Shown here: in pieces, positions 30,475-36,594 of the stretch
Layout of the letters: every line of letters begins with the position of its first letter
Numbering within the stretch: position 1 is the first letter of the stretch
From: Chrysochromulina tobinii
Taxonomy: Eukaryota
Length of the DNA: 36,594 nt
Direction of reading: 5' to 3'
Assembly (NCBI GenBank): GCA_001275005.1
Contig: JWZX01003104.1
Coordinates: forward strand, 1 to 36,594
Translations under genes and position numbers: made by a program
Notes under the pieces: generated by a model
What the model saw: the letters and a program-made list of their open reading frames with translations, nothing else
Told to the model about the DNA's origin: nothing
The model's database searches: none

Positions 30475-31401
30475 TCATTTGATTGCCGACGGATCGGCAC
30501 CTTCGCTCCCAAAGTAGGTTGTGTACGGCTCGCGGTTTGGCCACTGCACAGCCGAAGGAACCATCTCCACGAGGGGTGAGGGAGATGTGCCATCTGGCAG
30601 TTGACCGCCCGGGAGACCGTACACCTTTGCCAGCACGGCGCGGATCAGGGGATGATCCTGCGTTTCCAGGAATTCATAGACAGGCATCCATGTGATCTCC
30701 GAGATCTCGTCTGGGCATGCGCGCAGGTTGGCCGCTTCGCCCTCAGAAACGAGCTCGAGACGGGCCACGTAGTACAGATCGCTCTGCCCCCATGCCAATC
30801 CATGCCGATGCCAAAAGCTCAGAATAGATCGGCACGATGTCTTGAGGCCTGTCTCTTCAAAGACCTCGCGAACAGCTGCCTGCTCAAACGCCTCACCCCG
30901 GTCAAGCAGCCCACCGGGTAACTTCCACTGAGCAGAGGGCTGCCGCGTGCCATCGGGCCCGTCGCGCCACTCTTTCACAAGCAGTATGCGGCCGTTGCAG
31001 ATAACGAGCCCAGCGATGCCTACCTGGTGGGTGGCAAATGGTGGCACCTTGTCCGGCAGATTGGGCTGCAGCCACCGCTTCAAGACAGCTGTGCGACCTT
31101 CAGCATGGTGGAACTCAAAGCCGTGAGAAGCTGCTACCGCAGCCAGCCCCGCGTGCTCTATCGCCAGACGCAGCATGCAAGACTTTTTGCCTTGTGCAGC
31201 CCAAAGTTCGAGCGAAGGTGGGAGGAGTTCCTCAAAAGTTGGAACATCATCCTCTGTGATTTCGACCAAGACACCGCGGTAGGGCAGCTGTGTTGCGCGC
31301 AGCGTACTCGATGCGGCGGCGACTGGGCACGCTCCAGCTAGTGTGCGTGCACGTGAGGCCGCTGAGAGGAGCATGGGCACAAGCGAGGGATGCCGTAACA
31401 T
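30475..31401 (-). CDS. Nudix hydrolase (NUDT6/plant NUDX8-like) with presequence-like N-terminus
   Basis: Nudix box WKLPGGLLDRGEAFEQAAVREVFEETGL; pre-Nudix GFEFHHA and ATHQVGIAG; SDLYYVARL. Confidence 0.9.
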   Translation of the reverse strand: MLRHPSLVPMLLSAASRARTLAGACPVAAASSTLRATQLPYRGVLVEITEDDVPTFEELLPPSLELWAAQGKKSCMLRLAIEHAGLAAVAASHGFEFHHAEGRTAVLKRWLQPNLPDKVPPFATHQVGIAGLVICNGRILLVKEWRDGPDGTRQPSAQWKLPGGLLDRGEAFEQAAVREVFEETGLKTSCRSILSFWHRHGLAWGQSDLYYVARLELVSEGEAANLRACPDEISEITWMPVYEFLETQDHPLIRAVLAKVYGLPGGQLPDGTSPSPLVEMVPSAVQWPNREPYTTYFGSEGADPSAIK

Positions 31402-31580
31402 GGTCGCAAGACCCGTCACCCGACCACACTTGTGTGAATGTGAAAGAGTGGGCCACTGCGCTACAACCCCGACCCCTCGGCGTCCGCAGTGCTCGTGTTT
31501 CGTGTGAATGAAAATTCTCCCCGCGGCGCGACGGTGCCGGCGTCGGTGGTGACGGCGGTGGTGGTGACTGTTTTTTGGCC

Positions 31581-32936
31581 ATGCTGCCTTCGGTCCGATT
31601 TTACCTCGTGCCGACCAACGAAACGCTCAAATTAGCTGAGCGCGTGCCCCAGCTCGGTGAATCGTGGGCGACACCCGCAAGCCGGCCGAAGCGGCGTGGC
31701 GGTGCTCACCCATCTGTGCTGCCTTTGGAGGAGCTCACAGAGTCCGATTGGCGGCCTCTGCAACATGTGCTGATCCACTCTTTGGCAAGGCATCCAGCAC
31801 GTAGCGGTGAGCGTGAGGCTGGATTCTGCATCGTGGCAGCAGCGGCGCAGCTCGGCCTCTACCCGACAGGTCACGCGGAGCGACGAGGCAATGGAGTCGC
31901 CGCCGGAGCCGCTGGAGGATGCGGCAGTGTGGGCACGCGATGGAGCGACTGGACGGCACTATGCCCAACCTTGCCGCTGCTCGTCATTGACACTGTTGAT
32001 GCCGACTATCGCGGGTTCAAGCTGTGCAAGGCTTTGTGGGATCGCGAGCGTTGCTTGCGTGAGCAGACTACTGCTTTGATTCGTGTTGTCGGTAGCCCGC
32101 CGCTCACCAAGCACCCAGGCGAGCGGCCATACGCGCAGCGCTCGCAGCTGGCCCCTTGCCCGGCGCTGAGCGTGCCATGGCTCTCGCACGCGCGCTCGTC
32201 CATACCACTCCCGGCACCGTCGAGTCGAACGGTACGAATCGCTGGAGCCTTCTCCACTTTTCAGCACGGCATGGCGATCGCACTCGGCTTCGCTGATTGG
32301 CGCCGCGATCTGCGCAACGCGTGCCACGCGCTGCGAAACAGCTCCCTGTGCACACACATGTACCAATCTATGTCCGGCAAGGCTGCGCGCAACGCCGTAG
32401 AGCTGTACGCGCGCTCCGTCTTTTGCCTGCAGCCGCCAGGTGATGTGGTGGCTCGCGGCGCGATCGTGGACGCCATCTCGGTCGGGTGCATCCCCGTCTT
32501 CTTTCACCCGGCGCAGCCGGTGCTCTGGCCGCTTCACTGGAACGGCGCGAGGTCGTCGGTCCTTTTCGACTGGACTGACCCGCGCCAGCGCAATGCGACC
32601 GCGACAACGGTCGGGCGTGAGAAGATCGGCTGGGCTGCTGCTGATAGCGCGCTGCGGAGATTGCTCGAGATGAGTGACGCCGAGATCACCCGGCTACAGC
32701 GGGCAGTGGCCAGGGCTGCGCCACGCATGTTTTACCGCTTGCGGCCCGACGTCGGGAGCGCGCTGCACGGCGCTCGCGCAATCGACGGAGCGTCACCCTC
32801 ACCGCCGACTGCGCCGCCTGACGCGGTGGACGTGCTCGTCGGGGGGTTGGCGCGTCAGCTCTACTCTCGACGCCACGCCGCGAATCTCTCTTGGCCCGTG
32901 GTGGCGAGACGCCTAAGGCCAGAACATTCTGTTTGA
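31581..32936 (+). CDS. Exostosin / glycosyltransferase family 47-like protein
   Basis: C-terminal GT47 signature YARSVFCLQPPGDVVARGAIVDAISVGCIPVFF, followed by LLEMSDAEITRLQRAV. Confidence 0.78.
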   Translation: MLPSVRFYLVPTNETLKLAERVPQLGESWATPASRPKRRGGAHPSVLPLEELTESDWRPLQHVLIHSLARHPARSGEREAGFCIVAAAAQLGLYPTGHAERRGNGVAAGAAGGCGSVGTRWSDWTALCPTLPLLVIDTVDADYRGFKLCKALWDRERCLREQTTALIRVVGSPPLTKHPGERPYAQRSQLAPCPALSVPWLSHARSSIPLPAPSSRTVRIAGAFSTFQHGMAIALGFADWRRDLRNACHALRNSSLCTHMYQSMSGKAARNAVELYARSVFCLQPPGDVVARGAIVDAISVGCIPVFFHPAQPVLWPLHWNGARSSVLFDWTDPRQRNATATTVGREKIGWAAADSALRRLLEMSDAEITRLQRAVARAAPRMFYRLRPDVGSALHGARAIDGASPSPPTAPPDAVDVLVGGLARQLYSRRHAANLSWPVVARRLRPEHSV

Positions 32937-33074
32937 TCTGGCCTCTAGGCGCCTCGAGCGCCGTCGCACGTATGAAATTCTGTTTGAGCGCAGGTGTCCT
33001 TGCGGTTGTGACAGCTTGTAGCGTTCTGAACACTATCACAACTAACATCTAGAACTGACACCCGCGACCGCGCG

Positions 33075-33893
33075 TCAACGCCCGTTGAATCGACCACGCG
33101 ACGCCGACAGCTCGCGTTCGATGAACGCCCTCGCGTTCTCAAAGGCACGTGCACGGGCGCTCTCCGACTCAGCCAGCGCTACCTTGGTCGCCGCGAGATC
33201 GCGACGCAAAGTATGCAACTCGATGGCCTCGGCCTCAGCCGTGCCAGTCTCGACGGACGCACCGTCCTCGAGGTCGAGCAGCCGTTTGCACGCGCTTAGT
33301 GTGTCGCAGACGCCCTGATGATAGGCGGCTACCCGCGTCGCGTGGTCGGGTGCGTTGCGCGCGCGCTCGAGAACGCCCTCGAGCCCACCAACCACCTCCT
33401 CTCGCAGCATTCGCTGAAGCGCCGAGATCCGCGCATCAGCAGCGGCCTCGGCAGCAGCCTTGCCGGCGGCTCCGCCCTTGCTGCCACACGAAAAGAAGGA
33501 CTCCTTCGATTTCGGCTCAATGACTGCAGGCGTATCCTTGATGATGCGGCCGCGGCTCGCCGTCTGCATAGCGATGCTGCGTGAAGCGGCTCCATAACCT
33601 GCAGGTGCAAGCTTGCGAATGAGGGCGCGAAACTCCTCGGGCCCGATCGCACTATCTGAGTCGCCGACCTCCTCGTCGAGCAGGCGACGCAAATTGTTGG
33701 CAATTTGACCAGCGGCGAGTGCGTTCACGCACCTGCCGTTCTCGGAGGCGACACCCATGAGCTTTGCAAAGCCAGCATTCAGTCGTACAGCCTTGCTCAG
33801 TTCCGCGACGCTGACGGAGCCACTACCATCCTTGTCGAGCTCATTAAAGATGATGAGCAGCTGCCCATCGGACACGCAGGTATTGCGGAGCAT
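33075..33893 (-). CDS. EF-hand calcium-binding protein with C-terminal coiled coil
   Basis: Canonical loop IFNELDKDGSGSVSVAEL; second degenerate loop GDSDSAIGPEEF. Confidence 0.72.
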   Translation of the reverse strand: MLRNTCVSDGQLLIIFNELDKDGSGSVSVAELSKAVRLNAGFAKLMGVASENGRCVNALAAGQIANNLRRLLDEEVGDSDSAIGPEEFRALIRKLAPAGYGAASRSIAMQTASRGRIIKDTPAVIEPKSKESFFSCGSKGGAAGKAAAEAAADARISALQRMLREEVVGGLEGVLERARNAPDHATRVAAYHQGVCDTLSACKRLLDLEDGASVETGTAEAEAIELHTLRRDLAATKVALAESESARARAFENARAFIERELSASRGRFNGR

Positions 33894-34188
33894 GTCCTTG
33901 CGAATAGCAACCGAGGTGACGAGGGCACTAGAGCTGGCTCATCATCGGCATTCACCAAGGTTCGATGCTGAACGAGGCGCGAGGCTTCGTACTGTAATGG
34001 GAACAATTGTAACCCCCTGATGAGTTGACGAAATCCGAAGTACGTCTCTCGCTGCGGACGAGTAGTTCGAGGGTCGCGCGACGGCCTTCTGCCGCTCGAC
34101 TGCACGGCCTTCGCGAGCGCCATGGCGCCCCCGGCGACGGGCTCAGTCATGTCATTCGTTTTCCTGACTCTCCCCGCACAACAGTCTG

Positions 34189-34325
34189 CCCCCCCATTAA
34201 GAAAACAGGGATTTTAGGCTTGCCGTAGTTTCTTAGCGCCTTTGGCGCACCATGGGCTCGCGGACATGTAGAGAGGGTGACCAGCGGGCCCTCACCTCTA
34301 GCCATGGGCTGTTTTCTTAGGGGGG
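34189..34325. mobile_element. MITE-like element with terminal inverted repeats
   Basis: C7-AT-TAAGAAAACAG (34189-34208) is inverted by CTGTTTTCTTA-G6 (34309-34325). Non-coding, about 137 bp. Confidence 0.5.
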
Positions 34326-34606
34326 AATACTGAAGTCTCCCCGCTGACCGGAACGCGTGACCGGGGACCGAACGCAGTTTCGCAGCCTTTTTCATAAAGA
34401 AGTAATTCCTACGCGAATGTGCACGTAAACTTGGTCGCTCGTGGTTGATTGGCGGTTCATCATATCATCAAATTACACAACCCAGCCTCGTCGCTCGTGG
34501 TCGACCCCTTTTGAGTGGTACCGGGTATGACGCGTATTTCAATTCTTTGGGGTGTCTCTTGTACATGCGGCTGTGAACTCAACGTTCCGGTACTGGTACA
34601 GGACGG

Positions 34607-34713
34607 TACCGGTAAACTTGTGTCCCTGCTCCCCCGGTGTCTTTTTACCGGTAAACTTGTGTCTTTTTTCTTGTAACGGCACGTCCCGGCCCCCCCTGTG
34701 TCTTTTTACCGGT
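34607..34713. repeat. Degenerate tandem repeat of TACCGGT / GTGTCTTTTT units
   Basis: TACCGGTAAACTTGTGTC occurs twice (34607, 34646) and GTGTCTTTTTACCGGT occurs twice. Confidence 0.75.
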
Positions 34714-34855
34714 CCGGGCTTCAGGCGAGATGCCTGTGAGTCGGCCCGTTCGGGTCAATCCAATCTTGCTCATGCTCGTGCTGTCCCGATCACATGCCCA
34801 CCGCCTCAAGCCGTGTCGCACTGTGCGCTGTATTCATCTGTCATCACCTCGCATC

Positions 34856-36181
34856 ATGTGCTGTCAACACCCATCAGCGTCAGCATCGGCGGGTGCGGCT
34901 GCCGCAGCGAGCACCGATCGGCTGCACAACTACGCAGCTGCGAGGGCGGGTCGTGCAGTCCAAAAGATGACTTACGATAGGCGAGATGGGGTGGATTACA
35001 TGCTCATGCTGTCGGCATTTACATTTGCCGCACACCTTTGCTTCAGCCATCCAGCTCTACAGTGGTTGTCCACCGTCACCGCCCTGCTGTCCACCTTCTT
35101 GGGTGTATGTTTCGTCGTCCGGCACGGCTTCACGCCCGCGTGGCCGACATTCGTGTCGCAACCGCTCAGCGTGCCGGCGCTCATTGCCGATCGGCTTGCT
35201 AACCTCAGCCCCCTCGTTTGTGCACGGGCGGCCCTGGCGCTCGGCGAGACGGTGCTCATCCGCGCCACGCCAGAGTGGCGCTGGCATTTCGCCGGCGGCA
35301 TGCGGCTCACGGGCGCCGTGCTCATCCTTGTGCACCTTGCTTGCACGACGGCCTTCCGCATGCGAATCTTATGGGACCACCTGCACCAGCAGGACCTCGT
35401 CCGGGGCGCGTTGGCTCGAACTTCTTGGCGATTGGAGGCGGAGAGCCCATTGCTGCCTTGGTTGCTCGTGCATGGCTGGGTCACTGGCCTTGCGGCCAAC
35501 TTGGCGGCCGTGATGCCGTGGGCGGCACTACTCTGCGTGCGGGAGCAGTCACTACTGCTGCTGCCGTTGGCGCTCGTGGCCGACGTGCTTTGCACGGGGC
35601 TCCTGCGCGGCGTTCGCAGCGTGATCGAGTCGATCAACGAGGCTTTCTATCGCAACCACTGGCTCGAGCACCATTCGCGCCTCCACTTTGTGTACCTGCA
35701 TGGGATGCACCACGATGCGCTCCCCTTCGGCGCGATCGCTGTAGGCGAGGAAGGTGTCCTCGGAGAGCTCGTGCGCCGTGTGTTCGCCGTCGAGCGCAAC
35801 GCCTTCATGAGCCATTTGAGCCTCTTCCACTCATCGACGCTCGAAACGCTCAAGGCAATGGTGTGGCACCAATACATACCCGGCATCTTCCCGTACACTC
35901 GTGTCAACGTGATGATTGAGAATCATCACATCGAGCATCATTTTCTGCGTATGAAGCCGCTCGCCTTTGGCTCCAAGATACGCCTGGGGAGCAAGGAGAG
36001 TGCGTTTGCCACGTACAGACTGGACGAGTTGGAGGCTTCGGGCTACGAGCCGGACAATCCGACATGGCAGCGCTTTGTGAGCCTGCACCGCGCAGAAGAA
36101 GGCTCCTTGGAAGCGTTATCACGCCCAACTGGATGGTGGGAGAAGCTGGCAGGCCCGGCGAATATCGAAAGCGATGCTTGA
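34856..36181 (+). CDS. Multi-pass membrane His-box di-iron enzyme (fatty acid hydroxylase / sterol desaturase superfamily-like)
   Basis: Several hydrophobic segments followed by HWLEHH, HGMHH, VWHQ and HHIEHH boxes. Start uncertain (ATG 34730, 34856 or 34967). Confidence 0.72.
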   Translation: MCCQHPSASASAGAAAAASTDRLHNYAAARAGRAVQKMTYDRRDGVDYMLMLSAFTFAAHLCFSHPALQWLSTVTALLSTFLGVCFVVRHGFTPAWPTFVSQPLSVPALIADRLANLSPLVCARAALALGETVLIRATPEWRWHFAGGMRLTGAVLILVHLACTTAFRMRILWDHLHQQDLVRGALARTSWRLEAESPLLPWLLVHGWVTGLAANLAAVMPWAALLCVREQSLLLLPLALVADVLCTGLLRGVRSVIESINEAFYRNHWLEHHSRLHFVYLHGMHHDALPFGAIAVGEEGVLGELVRRVFAVERNAFMSHLSLFHSSTLETLKAMVWHQYIPGIFPYTRVNVMIENHHIEHHFLRMKPLAFGSKIRLGSKESAFATYRLDELEASGYEPDNPTWQRFVSLHRAEEGSLEALSRPTGWWEKLAGPANIESDA

Positions 36182-36458
36182 CACGAATGCCTCGCTTGAA
36201 CCGAACATGCGTTGCACACGATGCAAGGTGCAAGGAGAACTCTCCTGAACCTTATGACTTAAGCGTCCTGGGCATGGCGGCTCGCCCGATTGGCTCTCTG
36301 ACAGGGAGCAAAACGGACGTTGTGCCAAGGAAAAATGGGTATCGCTCGTATCTGTTCACTATAGATCTTTTCCGTTTTCCTATCAGCCATCTCGTCAACT
36401 ACCAAGTTCAGAACTAGTCGGACGCTGCGTATCAGTAATCAAACACATTGAGCCCTGG

Positions 36459-36594
36459 CTGTCGAGCTGTCGAGCTGTCGAGGCTCTGTCGAGGCTCCGT
36501 CGAGCTGCTGTCGAGGCCGTTGTCGAGGCCTTGCCTGTCGAGCCTTGTCGAGCCTGTCGAGTTCCTGTCGAGTTCCTGTCGAGCCTGTCGAGGC
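36459..36594. repeat. Degenerate satellite of CTGTCGAG(N1-3) units running off the window end
   Basis: More than a dozen TGTCGAG-like cores with short variable linkers. Confidence 0.92.

Noticed and set aside
36459..36594. Possible CRISPR-like array
   Set aside because: Units are 8-11 bp with no unique spacers and no cas genes; eukaryotic satellite.

Overview
GC-rich, gene-dense eukaryotic nuclear DNA. It has short GT-AG introns, poly-Q tracts and proteins with signal-plus-transit-peptide-like leaders, so a secondary-plastid alga such as a haptophyte is inferred but not proven. About 16 protein-coding genes are supported: a UPF1/DNA2-like SF1 helicase with poly-Q and a duplicated inserted module, an SLX1-like GIY-YIG nuclease, a novel HxxWLxxQL-repeat protein, an NHL-repeat protein, a cryptochrome/photolyase with a 1-nt frame disruption, a ubiquitin-like-domain type II PI4-kinase, a large coiled-coil protein, GMP reductase with a presequence-like extension, SCO1, a cysteine-synthase-like enzyme, a putative plastid-targeted unknown, an F-box/WD40 protein, a Nudix hydrolase, a GT47 exostosin, an EF-hand protein and a His-box membrane di-iron enzyme. 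Six introns were reconstructed by eye. Intergenic DNA holds several small insertion-like elements with flanking direct or inverted repeats, plus a recurrent TACCGGTA-based motif upstream of genes. No rRNA, tRNA, CRISPR or transposase was seen. No single coherent new multi-gene system can be supported. The best novelty candidates are the repeat protein, the helicase module, the divergent frameshifted cryptochrome, the His-box enzyme and the small elements.
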